In this document: in pieces, positions 27,821-38,861 of the stretch
Numbering within the stretch: the first letter of the stretch is position 1
How the letters are laid out: each line of letters opens with the position of its first letter
Source of the DNA: Candidatus Zixiibacteriota bacterium
GTDB lineage: Bacteria; Zixibacteria; MSB-5A5; GN15; JAAZOE01
DNA: 64,000 bases
Direction: 5' to 3'
Assembly: GCA_043819555.1 (NCBI GenBank)
Contig: JBDREQ010000031.1
Coordinates: 1-64,000 of the forward strand
Notes under the pieces: generated by a model
What the model was told of the DNA's origin: nothing
The model's input: only the letters and a program-made list of their open reading frames with translations
Databases searched by the model: none
Made by a program: the position numbers and the translations under genes

Positions 27821-30460
27821 ATGAAGCAAAACAAGCTACTTATTTTATCATTGCTGGCCTCGTTTCTGCTTCTGACTTTGGCTTCCTATGCAAATGCTCA
27901 GAATACGGTAAGATTCGACCAAATAAGCGTATGTCCTCAACCAGCAGGCTCAAAAGTCTATGTCCCCGTTTTTGTGGACAATGACATTGACCTGTTTGCT
28001 GTCGATATTGTCGGCCAGGTAGTCTCCGTTACCGGAGGCGTAGACCTTGTCGTAACTGACGTTTTATTTGCAGGTCGAATGGATCCTCTTACAGACCTGG
28101 AAGTCCTTGATCAGCGTTATCCAATCGGCGATCTCGGCGGCGGAGTTTTCCGTCTCGGCGCCGTAAAAGTTGCAGGTGAAGACTTGGCAGTCGGTTCCGG
28201 CCAAATTGCGACATTGGAACTTTCATTTGTTTCCGCATGTCTCCTTGGCTCGGCTTCTATCGATCCAGGCACTTACTTCTGTAATGGTGACGATAAAGTC
28301 ACCATGTTTATGGATGACGATGGTACCGTGATCCTCCCAGATCCCGTTACCAGTGGTGCAGTCAATGTTGTCAATACCGATCCGCAATTCACCAATTGCC
28401 CGGATGACTTTGATATTTTCTGGAAATCCGGCCCTTGGGGTACAAATCAGGTCACCGTTCCGTTTAGTGTCGAGGATCCTGATCTGTTATGCGAATGCGA
28501 TGCTCTATCTTATACCTTGTTAGATGAAAGCCCGGGCGTAATCAATTCCGCTACCGGAATTTATTCATTCGCGGCTACATCTCAGAGCATTGGTTGCTAC
28601 CATGTCAAGGTTAGGGTAGCTGACAGCTATGGCGGCGAGGATTTCTGTGAGTTTGATATTACCGTTCACAATAATCCTCCAGAGATTACTGAATGTCCAG
28701 ACGAGACCATCAATATTCTTTGGGGTCAGACCGCAATGGCGACAGTCGCGGCTTCTGATCCCGATACAGGACCTTCGGCGTTGGTTTATACCATTGAAAG
28801 TTATGATGGCCCAATGTCCTCAGAACCGCAAGTCGATCCGACTTCCGGTGTTGTTACCTGGGAGACTATGGAAACCAACGATTTCCTTGGCGATTTCGAA
28901 ATCTGTGTCAAGGTTTCGGATTTAGCTCCGAGCACTCCCGAGTGCCCGATGCCGAACTCAGATGTATGTTGTTTCAATGTACATGTTGAGCCGAAGTTCC
29001 GCGTCACCATCGAGAAGAGCCATGATGTTTATCTTGGCCATTACACCGATCTAACCATTACTCTTGATGATTCTTATGAATCAATGGAGATGGGTGGTTT
29101 TGATTTCTTGATTACGTATGATAATTCCATCCTTAGTCTGGTTGACGCCACACCCGGCGCTCTTCTGGAAACCTGCGGATGGGAATACTTCACCTATCGT
29201 CACGGTTATGACGGCAACTGTGGTACCGGCTGTCCTTCCGGCGCTGTTCGGATCGTAGCAATGGCCGAAACCAACAACGGTCCGTATCACCCGACGTGCT
29301 TCAGCTCTGCCTCAGGCACTGAGCTGGCGGTGTTGAACTTCTACGTCGTCAATAATCATAGCTATGATTGTCAGTATGTCCCGGTCACCTTTTTCTGGAT
29401 GGATTGCGGCGACAACGCCATTTCCTCCAAGTTTGGTGATACGCTCTTCCTCGAAGACGTACTTTATAATCTTGAAGGCGACATTATTTCCGCTCATGGC
29501 GGTTTCCCCAACATGTACGGAACCGATGACGCCTGTCTAACTCAGGACGAAGATCAGACGAAAGAATATCCTCTTCGTGCCATCGATTTCAAAAACGGCG
29601 GCGTTGACATTATCTGCGACTCTCTTATTGATGATCGCGGTGACGTTAACATGAATGGTATCGCCTATGAAATCGCCGACGCGGTTATGTTTACCAATTA
29701 TTTCATCAGCGGCTTGACCGCTTTTGGTACTCATATCGAGGGTTCGATCGCCGCGTCCGATGCCAATGCTGACGGCGCTACCCTGACCGTCGCTGACTTG
29801 GTTTACCTCGTCCGCGTTATCCAGGGTGATGCGCTTCCGTATCTGAAGCCGGATCCGAATGCGTCCTTCACAGTGAAGACGCAAATGGTCGGCGGAAACA
29901 TGAATATCGGTGTCGAGACTACCAACGACGCCGGCGCGGTTCTGTTTGTCTTTAACGTCTCGGGCGAAATCGGGCAACCGATTCTGGCCGACGGTGTCAA
30001 CATGGATATTGCATCCGGTGTTGACAATGGCGAACTCCGTGTCCTGGTTTATAACATTGGTTCCGAAGCTATCCGCTCCGGCGAACTGATGACCATTCCA
30101 ACCAACGGTTCGATTACACTAAGTGAAGTCGAAGCCGCTGATTATAATGGTAATACCATGGCTTCGTCAATTCATGTTCTCCCGTCCTCTTTCGCACTGG
30201 CTCAGAACTATCCTAACCCATTCAACCCAACAACTACGATTAAACTCGCTCTGCCTGTTGCCTCTGAATTTACTTTGGAGATTTATAATATTGCCGGCCA
30301 GAGTGTTCGTAGCTACACCGGTCATAATGAAGCCGGGTTTGTAGAAATAGTGTGGGATGGTAAGGATGCTTCCGGCAGCAGCGTTGCTTCAGGTATTTAT
30401 CTCTATAAGGTGAAAGCCGCTGATTATTCGGCTACCAAGAGCATGATACTTCTGAAGTAA
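27821..30460 (+). CDS. Secreted Cys-rich protein with cohesin-like, Ig/cadherin-like, dockerin-like and FlgD-Ig/T9SS C-terminal domains
   Basis: GGFDFLITYD (cohesin), RGDVNMNG..EIADAV / SDANADG..TVADLVYL (dockerin pair) and LAQNYPNPFNPTT..SGIYLYK (CTD). Confidence 0.85.
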   Translation: MKQNKLLILSLLASFLLLTLASYANAQNTVRFDQISVCPQPAGSKVYVPVFVDNDIDLFAVDIVGQVVSVTGGVDLVVTDVLFAGRMDPLTDLEVLDQRYPIGDLGGGVFRLGAVKVAGEDLAVGSGQIATLELSFVSACLLGSASIDPGTYFCNGDDKVTMFMDDDGTVILPDPVTSGAVNVVNTDPQFTNCPDDFDIFWKSGPWGTNQVTVPFSVEDPDLLCECDALSYTLLDESPGVINSATGIYSFAATSQSIGCYHVKVRVADSYGGEDFCEFDITVHNNPPEITECPDETINILWGQTAMATVAASDPDTGPSALVYTIESYDGPMSSEPQVDPTSGVVTWETMETNDFLGDFEICVKVSDLAPSTPECPMPNSDVCCFNVHVEPKFRVTIEKSHDVYLGHYTDLTITLDDSYESMEMGGFDFLITYDNSILSLVDATPGALLETCGWEYFTYRHGYDGNCGTGCPSGAVRIVAMAETNNGPYHPTCFSSASGTELAVLNFYVVNNHSYDCQYVPVTFFWMDCGDNAISSKFGDTLFLEDVLYNLEGDIISAHGGFPNMYGTDDACLTQDEDQTKEYPLRAIDFKNGGVDIICDSLIDDRGDVNMNGIAYEIADAVMFTNYFISGLTAFGTHIEGSIAASDANADGATLTVADLVYLVRVIQGDALPYLKPDPNASFTVKTQMVGGNMNIGVETTNDAGAVLFVFNVSGEIGQPILADGVNMDIASGVDNGELRVLVYNIGSEAIRSGELMTIPTNGSITLSEVEAADYNGNTMASSIHVLPSSFALAQNYPNPFNPTTTIKLALPVASEFTLEIYNIAGQSVRSYTGHNEAGFVEIVWDGKDASGSSVASGIYLYKVKAADYSATKSMILLK

Positions 30461-30492
30461 TTTAAGCTTTGTCTGAAAACACAGCTTTATCC

Positions 30493-30526
30493 AAACCCCG
30501 CGCCTTGAGGCGCGGGGTTTGTTTTT
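30493..30526 (+). terminator. Strong intrinsic terminator
   Basis: AAACCCCGCGCC-TTGA-GGCGCGGGGTTT followed by Ts. Confidence 0.9.
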
Positions 30527-30556
30527 GTAATCAATTTCTCATGCATATATATACAA

Positions 30557-30585
30557 TTGACATCTAACCTCCGTTTTGCTACACT
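30557..30585 (+). promoter_or_regulatory. sigma70 promoter, probably leaderless transcript
   Basis: TTGACA-N17-TACACT, then 6 nt to the ATG. Confidence 0.7.
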
Positions 30586-30591
30586 CCTAAT

Positions 30592-31014
30592 ATGGTATCT
30601 AATAGATTTTTGGGATTGGATTATGGCGGTCGGCGGATAGGGATTGCCATTTCCGATCCACAGGGAATTATTGCCCGACCAATGAACACGCTTATCGTTA
30701 GCGGGATGAATAACGCCACCGAACAGATAAAGAACCTTATTGATGAAAACGAAATTGCCGGAATCGTAATTGGCCTGCCTCTAAACTTGTCCGGACAGCC
30801 TTCCGATCTTTCTCGAGAGGCTGAGCTATTTGCGTCTGAACTTGAAAAACAGATTGAATTGCCTATTTATTTTGAGGATGAACGGTTCAGTTCAAAACAG
30901 GCGGAAAAGGTTTTGCATTCTCATGGTAAAAAGATAAGGGGAAATAAAGAAATAATTGACAGGATCTCGGCGGCTATTATATTGCAGGCCTTCCTGGACA
31001 GGCGGAACCTTTAG
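30592..31014 (+). CDS. ruvX: Pre-16S rRNA nuclease / Holliday junction resolvase YqgF
   Basis: GLDYGGRRIGIAISD, GLP, DERFSS and IDRISAAIILQ motifs. Confidence 0.95.
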   Translation: MVSNRFLGLDYGGRRIGIAISDPQGIIARPMNTLIVSGMNNATEQIKNLIDENEIAGIVIGLPLNLSGQPSDLSREAELFASELEKQIELPIYFEDERFSSKQAEKVLHSHGKKIRGNKEIIDRISAAIILQAFLDRRNL

Positions 31015-31150
31015 ATATAGAATATGACTTCAATACCACAATCAAAACGGCCGGCTCGATATCGAAAAACAATCTATGCCGCGATTCATTACTTATTCTG
31101 GAGTCTGATGCTGATGATTCTCTGGCCGATATCCTTAATTTTCAGAGGAG

Positions 31151-32161
31151 TTGAAAAATTACATCGTCATGATTAGGAATTTAAAAGGATACTTGTGGAC
31201 TGCACTTATACTTTTATCCATTTTGGTTATTGTCGGCGGATGGTGGCTTTTTAGCAGACAGGATATTTACCCTGCCTCGATTCTGGTCGAGCCGGGTGAT
31301 CGTTTTCATAACGTTGTTGTCAAACTTAATGAGCGGGATATAGTTGGTTCTCCCTGGTTTTTCTCAAAAGCGGGCATAATAATCGGCCTCGACCGACATA
31401 TAATCCCCGGCCGGTATGATTTCGAGAAACGGATATCGAATTTTGAAATCCTGCGAAAACTTTGGCGGGGCGATATCGCCGTTTTGAATGTGACCATTCC
31501 CGAGGGCTTTATATTGATGCAGATTCGTGAATTGTTGCATCAAAAATGCGGTGCCAATCCGGAGAGATTTGACAGCCTGGTGCGCGATTCTTCCTACTTA
31601 TCAGCCCTGGGAATTGATGCCGGTTTTGCAGAGGGTTATTTATTTCCGGAAACGTATCGATTTCAATGGGGAATAACTTCTCGCGAAGCTGTAGAAACTA
31701 TGACCGCATATCTCTTTCAGCATCTTGACGATAGTCTGCTGGAGCGAGGGCGGGAATTAGGTTATAATCTCGATGAGATTCTGACTATGGCCTCAATTGT
31801 CGAATCGGAAGGAAGCCACGCCGACGAGTTTCCGCTAATCGCTTCTGTCTATAGAAATCGCCTTAATACTGGAATGAAGCTACAGGCCGATCCCACTATA
31901 ATTTACGGTATGGGAGGTCTGGATCGGACTTTGATGATAAAGGACTATCAGTTTTCATCGGCTTATAATACATACTTGCATGAAGGTTTGCCGCCGACGC
32001 CGATCTGCTCCCCGGGAATGAACGCAATTATGGCGGTTCTATATCCGGATTCAACTGACTATTATTATTTTGTTGCCGATGGCAAAGGCCGCCACATTTT
32101 CAACGAAACATATCAGGGGCATCTGCGGGATACCCGGCGTGTAAAAAATCAGTCTCGATAG
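31151..32161 (+). CDS. mltG: Endolytic transglycosylase MltG (5' end uncertain, possibly frameshifted from 31024)
   Basis: TIPEG, EGYLFPETY, MASIVESE, LQADPT, YNTY..GLPPTPI and YYYFVA motifs. Confidence 0.95.
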   Translation: MKNYIVMIRNLKGYLWTALILLSILVIVGGWWLFSRQDIYPASILVEPGDRFHNVVVKLNERDIVGSPWFFSKAGIIIGLDRHIIPGRYDFEKRISNFEILRKLWRGDIAVLNVTIPEGFILMQIRELLHQKCGANPERFDSLVRDSSYLSALGIDAGFAEGYLFPETYRFQWGITSREAVETMTAYLFQHLDDSLLERGRELGYNLDEILTMASIVESEGSHADEFPLIASVYRNRLNTGMKLQADPTIIYGMGGLDRTLMIKDYQFSSAYNTYLHEGLPPTPICSPGMNAIMAVLYPDSTDYYYFVADGKGRHIFNETYQGHLRDTRRVKNQSR

Positions 32162-32168
32162 AAATTGC

Positions 32169-32726
32169 TCAAACAGCGATCTTTTCCGCGGTTAACAAAT
32201 GATATAACCGATCGGTAAATTCATAGACAAAACCCTTGCCAAGCCCTTCAAAGTAGGTACCAAAAGCGCATTCTTCCACCGAGGACAGGCTTAAAACTCC
32301 AATTCGAACCGAATCCATGATGAGGGGAATCAAAAGAACTGAACGGGTATCATCCGACATTAAAATCTTCTTTTCGATAGTACTGCCGGAAAGATGCTCG
32401 GGGAAATTATCGGCAATCGGAAAACCATGCTCAAGCGACTGATGCATAATTGAATTCTTTTTCTTTATGACCAGTGTTACACCGCTATTGATCTGGCCGT
32501 TTTTAAGCATATGGGTAATGAGCATCTTTTCATTTTGAGAGTCCAAAAATGAAAGCGCCCCTCTCTCAATATTGAAAAACCTTCCTATTTTACCCCATAG
32601 GTTTTGCAATAATTCGCTGATTATTTTGTTGGTTGCTGGGTTGAGATAATCGGTCAAGTTAAAAGCCATCCTTGAACCTTTCAAAAAATCATCCAGGTGA
32701 TACTCGTCTTCAGAAAAATACGCCAT
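32169..32726 (-). CDS. Stand-alone GAF-domain protein
   Basis: RSVLLIPL...IGVLSLSS...AF pattern. Confidence 0.7.
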   Translation of the reverse strand: MAYFSEDEYHLDDFLKGSRMAFNLTDYLNPATNKIISELLQNLWGKIGRFFNIERGALSFLDSQNEKMLITHMLKNGQINSGVTLVIKKKNSIMHQSLEHGFPIADNFPEHLSGSTIEKKILMSDDTRSVLLIPLIMDSVRIGVLSLSSVEECAFGTYFEGLGKGFVYEFTDRLYHLLTAEKIAV

Positions 32727-32751
32727 TTTTTACCCCCAGGTTCAATCGACA

Positions 32752-34110
32752 TTAGGCCGGCTGCATTAGATTGAACTTTTTGATTTTTCGCCAGAGCGTT
32801 GTTCTTCCTATTCCAAGCTGGTTGGCGGTTAGAGAATAATTCCAGTTATTCTCTTCCAACGAATTTAAGATTTGCAATTTTTGAGTTTCTGCCAGAGATC
32901 GTGATTTATCCAGCGGTGACGGCCTATAAGTCAGTTCCGTCTCCCGCGGAGAAATGAAGATTATATCTTCATACTTTATCTGGTCTCCTCCGGAAAGGGC
33001 GATTGCCCGTTTCAGTGTATTTTCTAATTCCCGGACATTACCCGGCCATTTATGTTTGAGCAATAATTCTAACCCATCGGTCGATAAGGTAATCGGCGCT
33101 CGTTCATATTCTTTTTGGATTTTTCTTAAAAAATATTCTGTAAGGGACGGGATATCTTCGAGACGATCCCGGAGGGGTGAAATATGAAGAGGCATGACAT
33201 TGAGACGGTAGTACAAATCATCTCGGAACTTGCCCTCTCGAACCATTTTATCAAGGTTAGCGTTGGTCGCGGCTATTACGCGAACGTCAACGATTGACGT
33301 CGTGTTGCCTCCAACCGGTCTGATTTCTTTTTCCTGCAGGACACGGAGAAGTTTGGCCTGAATCGACCCGGGTAAATCACCAATCTCATCGAGGAATATG
33401 GTGCCGTTATGCGCCTCGGCAAAGAGGCCTTTTTTATTTGCGACCGCCGATGTGAAGGCTCCCTTTACGTGCCCAAATAATTCGGATTCCAATAAGTTTT
33501 CAGGTATGGCGGAGCAATTAATTGGCACAAATGCACCCTTGCGCCGCTCACTATGATGATGAATTACTTTAGCGATAAGCTCTTTGCCGGTGCCTGATTC
33601 ACCTGTAATCAAAACGGCAATATTTGTGGTTGAAATCCGACTGATAACCTGTTTGAGATCCCTGATGGCCTTGGAATTTCCAATAATATTATCAAAACCG
33701 AATTGATGCGCCACCTCCTGACGCAAGTACCGTACGGTATGGCGCAAATCCAGCCTCTCCAGGGCTTTATTCGCCTTGAAAACCATCTCTTTATTCTTGA
33801 ATGGTTTGGTTATATAATCCGAAGCCCCGTTTTGAATCGCCTGAACCGCAGTCTCAACCGAACCGTAGGCGGTCATAATTATAACTTCCGTTTCGGGATG
33901 AAGTTTTTTGCTGAGCATTAAAACACTTAACCCGGAACCGTTCCCCAAACATAAATCGGTTAAGACCAAATCAAAAATCTGTGACTCAAGCAATCGGCGA
34001 GCCTCAACTTCTTCCTCCACTGCAGTCACCGCAAATCCATTTTTCTCAAATAACCGAGTCAGCGTTTTATTCATTCCGGATTCATCTTCAACTATCAATA
34101 CTGAAGGCAT
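32752..34110 (-). CDS. NtrC-family sigma54-dependent response regulator
   Basis: REC domain, GESGTGKE, GAFTSA, WPGNVRELEN and LGIGRTTLWRK HTH. Confidence 0.95.
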   Translation of the reverse strand: MPSVLIVEDESGMNKTLTRLFEKNGFAVTAVEEEVEARRLLESQIFDLVLTDLCLGNGSGLSVLMLSKKLHPETEVIIMTAYGSVETAVQAIQNGASDYITKPFKNKEMVFKANKALERLDLRHTVRYLRQEVAHQFGFDNIIGNSKAIRDLKQVISRISTTNIAVLITGESGTGKELIAKVIHHHSERRKGAFVPINCSAIPENLLESELFGHVKGAFTSAVANKKGLFAEAHNGTIFLDEIGDLPGSIQAKLLRVLQEKEIRPVGGNTTSIVDVRVIAATNANLDKMVREGKFRDDLYYRLNVMPLHISPLRDRLEDIPSLTEYFLRKIQKEYERAPITLSTDGLELLLKHKWPGNVRELENTLKRAIALSGGDQIKYEDIIFISPRETELTYRPSPLDKSRSLAETQKLQILNSLEENNWNYSLTANQLGIGRTTLWRKIKKFNLMQPA

Positions 34111-34112
34111 TT

Positions 34113-34847
34113 TTAATATTCCCCATGTTTTGCTTTTGGTATTATGGCGAACACAATCGTTCCTCCGCCCGGATTTGGCGAAATTTCTATCGAACCACTA
34201 TGCAAATTAATCAGGCTTTTAGCGACTGCCAACCCCAGCCCCGTTCCACCGGCTCGGTGTGTTATAAACGGAAGTAAAATCTCGGCATATTGCTCATCAA
34301 AAACACCACTGCCATTATCTTCGACCTTAATAATCGCATTGTCGCCATCGAAATCAGTTGAGACAATTATTTGGCCGTCCTCGTTGCCTTTTAATTCTTG
34401 TATGGAATTAATAAGTATTTCTCTGAATATCAGCCTGATCATTTCCACGTCGCAGCAGATCATTGGAAGAGGAGTTAAATTCCCGTATTTTATGTTTATG
34501 TTTTTGAAATCATCTCCGAAAGAAGTCGTAACATTTTCGAATTCCTTAAGGCATATTTCATTGATATCGGTTTCAATTATATCCGGCTGGCGCGGCGCCG
34601 CATAGAGCATATACCTGATTAATACCTCTTCCAGATTTTCAGCGGCTTCCAAAATCACTTTTGTGAAATACAAATCATCATCGGTAATAGTTTGCCCGAC
34701 CGAAAAATCAAGCTGGCTGGCGGCAGTGGTGATGACACTTAATGGATTTCGAATCTTGTGCGTCAATCGCTCCGCTAATCTTTCCAATGTTTCAGGAGCG
34801 TGCAAATTAACCTCTTTCCTGGATGTCCCTATCGCCGTCTTTGCCAT
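34113..34847 (-). CDS. Cytoplasmic histidine kinase without a sensor domain
   Basis: HKIRNPL, DNGSG and GTGLGL motifs; only about 25 aa precede the H-box. Confidence 0.85.
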   Translation of the reverse strand: MAKTAIGTSRKEVNLHAPETLERLAERLTHKIRNPLSVITTAASQLDFSVGQTITDDDLYFTKVILEAAENLEEVLIRYMLYAAPRQPDIIETDINEICLKEFENVTTSFGDDFKNINIKYGNLTPLPMICCDVEMIRLIFREILINSIQELKGNEDGQIIVSTDFDGDNAIIKVEDNGSGVFDEQYAEILLPFITHRAGGTGLGLAVAKSLINLHSGSIEISPNPGGGTIVFAIIPKAKHGEY

Positions 34848-35529
34848 GGTATCCCCATTTTGTTAATTGTTTCACGATGCAACATATAATTTCAATATCG
34901 ACTGACTTAAAAAATAATTTACCCATGTTTCAGAGGTTATTTGGTGAGGGAAATAATTTTCGCATTGTAAAAATGCAGGCGGCGATCCGGACACGTTTAT
35001 GTAAGCCTATAAATATTAATGCCTTGAACGCTCTTCGTGAGAAGCAGGGAAGAATTTTACGGATTTAATATCAATTTCAATTGACTGCTTTCTATTCGGT
35101 GTTTCATAAATCTTCCAGGTTTCATTGTTGCTTCAGTTTGAATCTTTGATTGCAGTATGAAATAAAAAGCCTTTATGCATTTTTAATATGGCATAATCTG
35201 TTTTTTTCTTGACAGTCAAGCGCAAATTTAATAACTAAACCTATGCCGATACTTAAGGAACAGATTTCACAGGTAACAACGCAGTCAGGGCAAAAGCCTA
35301 CAGCCTTCAGAAATAGAAAAAAACTCACACGAGCTAAGCCAAATACGGGATTGTTGCGAAAAAAGCGCTATGGTGAATACTAAACTTTTTGAAATTGATG
35401 ATACATCCGCGTTTGTTCATCGGCCTCTTCGTAAGGGAAAAACAATCCCATCACTCGATGCCGATGAAACATTAAAAAACGTTTTGACCCAAAAGGACTA
35501 TTATTCTATGGCACCTCGGGTAATATAGA

Positions 35530-36279
35530 ATGGCACACATTACAGCTATTATCCCTGCCCGTTTGGCAAGCCAGCGGTTTTCTCGAAAGGTGCTTTATCC
35601 CCTGAATGGAAAGCCGCTAATTTTTTATGTATGGAATTCGATTCGAAAATCAAAATTAATCAATCAGCTTTTTATCGCCACTGACTCGGTGGAAATCGGC
35701 GCGGCCGTCAATGCTTTTGGAGGAGCCGTTATAATGACTTCAAAAACTCTCCGGAATGGAACGGAGAGAACGGCTGAAGCGGTCAAAATCATGCGGACCG
35801 ATATAGTCGTAAATATCCAGGCGGATAATATCGGACTAACAGGCAGAAACATAGATAGTGTCATTGAGGCTATGGTGGCTGATAAGAAAATTCAATTTGC
35901 CACTCTCGCTCAAAAAATCGAGGGAATAAATTCCCGAAAAAAATTAAATGACATAAACGTCGTCAAAGTTATCGAAACCGCTGACGGTCATGCCGGCTGG
36001 TTTAGCCGCCATCCTATTCCGCTGGCCAAAAATTCAGGTCGAATCAACCCTGCAAGTATTTATCCATATTTGGAACATATTGGCGTATATTTTTTCAGGA
36101 AGCAGGCCCTGATGGAATATAAAAAATGGCCGCGGGCAAAATCAGAGGCGGCCGAATCACTGGAACAATTGCGAATACTCGAAAACGGCGGGCGAATCAG
36201 GCTATTCAAGATCAGGCCTCGTGTTTTATCCGTGGATAGCAAGCAGGCATTGAAAAAAATTGACAAATTGATAAAATAA
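35530..36279 (+). CDS. kdsB: 3-deoxy-manno-octulosonate cytidylyltransferase
   Basis: IIPARLASQRF..K, GTER, HIGVY and ESLEQLRILE motifs; adjacent to pyrG. Confidence 0.9.
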   Translation: MAHITAIIPARLASQRFSRKVLYPLNGKPLIFYVWNSIRKSKLINQLFIATDSVEIGAAVNAFGGAVIMTSKTLRNGTERTAEAVKIMRTDIVVNIQADNIGLTGRNIDSVIEAMVADKKIQFATLAQKIEGINSRKKLNDINVVKVIETADGHAGWFSRHPIPLAKNSGRINPASIYPYLEHIGVYFFRKQALMEYKKWPRAKSEAAESLEQLRILENGGRIRLFKIRPRVLSVDSKQALKKIDKLIK

Positions 36280-37953
<1,674 letters not shown>

Positions 37954-37975
37954 AATCCCTCAGTAATATATCCTC

Positions 37976-38007
37976 AAAAAGCCGTCGCAGGTTGTGGCGG
38001 CTTTTTT
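37976..38007 (+). terminator. pyrG terminator
   Basis: AAAAAGCCGTCGC...GTGGCGGCTTTTTT. Confidence 0.85.
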
Positions 38008-38052
38008 GTAATCTTATGGATCAAAATCCCTGCGGTTTTGGCAAATACAATA

Positions 38053-38076
38053 CGACAACCCGAGGGTTGTCGCTAC
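38053..38076 (-). repeat. GTAG-class REP
   Basis: Minus strand reads GTAG-CGACAACCC-TC-GGGTTGTCG. Confidence 0.7.
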
Positions 38077-38092
38077 ACAGTGATCCAACGTC

Positions 38093-38155
38093 GTCATTGC
38101 GAACGAGAAGCAGAAAGTAGATCGCCACGTCGGCCTTCGGCCTCCTCGCGATGAC
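38093..38155. repeat. GTCATTGCGA...TCGCGATGAC palindromic element
   Basis: Terminal inverted repeat plus an internal GAGATCGCCACG-like motif and a GGCC-TTC-GGCC hairpin. Confidence 0.7.
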
Positions 38156-38319
38156 TGAGTTTTAATACTATTCTCCAAAAGTTATCCACATTATAGTTCT
38201 TAAAATTCCTTGTAACGCAATATTTTCCTATAGCTTATAGCAAAATGGCTTTGCTTTGTCGTTTTTGGTTATCCGCTACAAGTTTGATGGTGATTATGAA
38301 AGGCATTCATAAATTTCCC

Positions 38320-38391
38320 GTAGGGGTCGCTCGCGAGCGGCGCGAAAATGATATTATTCCAACAGCGGGCTCGTCGCGACGAGCACCAATA
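38320..38391. repeat. Degenerate GTAG REP doublet (REPIN-like)
   Basis: GTAGGGGTCGCTCGCGAGCG...GGGCTCGTCGCGACGAGCACC. Confidence 0.55.
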
Positions 38392-38484
38392 GATACCAGT
38401 CGGTTTGAAATATACTTCATCATACAAAACGGGATGATTTCGGAATAAGCGCCAAATCTATTGGAAAAATGTTGATGCTCTCAT

Positions 38485-38534
38485 GCGGGAACCCATCTCA
38501 AAAAACGCTGCGCTTATTTTTAAGTTGGGGCACC
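38485..38534 (-). repeat. REP of the RAYT-associated family
   Basis: Its reverse complement GGTGCCCCAAC..AAAAAA..GCG.AGCGTTTTTTGAGATGGGTTCCCGC matches 51466-51516. Confidence 0.75.
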
Positions 38535-38816
38535 GGCGGTGCAAGCAAATTGGCGGGAATCACCTTGTCCGATAAGCACGAATCTTTAAAAAGACTCGAA
38601 AGGGTCCATAAATTGATTGAGGGTTTTGAAAATCCCTATGGAATGGAATTATTAGCTACAGTGCATTGGGTGTTAAAAGATAATAAAGATGGAAAATTAT
38701 CTGATGCGGAAACAGTTACTAAGGTTTTTGCGTGGAATGATCGAAAGAAGAAGATTTTCAATTCAGAGCACATAGCAATTGCAAGGAAAAGACTAATTGA
38801 CGAAAAATGGATTTAG
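38535..38816 (+). pseudogene. darG: 3' remnant of a DarG-like macrodomain antitoxin
   Basis: RLERV..LIEGFENPYGMELLATVHWV...WNDRKK..F...HI..A..RL....WI matches the DarG C-terminal domain; the macrodomain is absent. Confidence 0.7.
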
Positions 38817-38861
38817 TAACTCCAATGTTCTCCACTACTATATAGTAGAATCCCCCCCCTC

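Noticed and set aside
29537..29977. 146-aa antisense ORF
   Set aside because: Shadow of a strongly codon-biased gene on the opposite strand.
35278..35312. GGGCAAAAGCCTACAGCCT resembling a c-di-GMP-I riboswitch
   Set aside because: The GNRA-capped P2 stem and the closing P3/P1 strands are missing.
38245..38448. 67-aa ORF
   Set aside because: It runs through a REP doublet and has no SD or domain.
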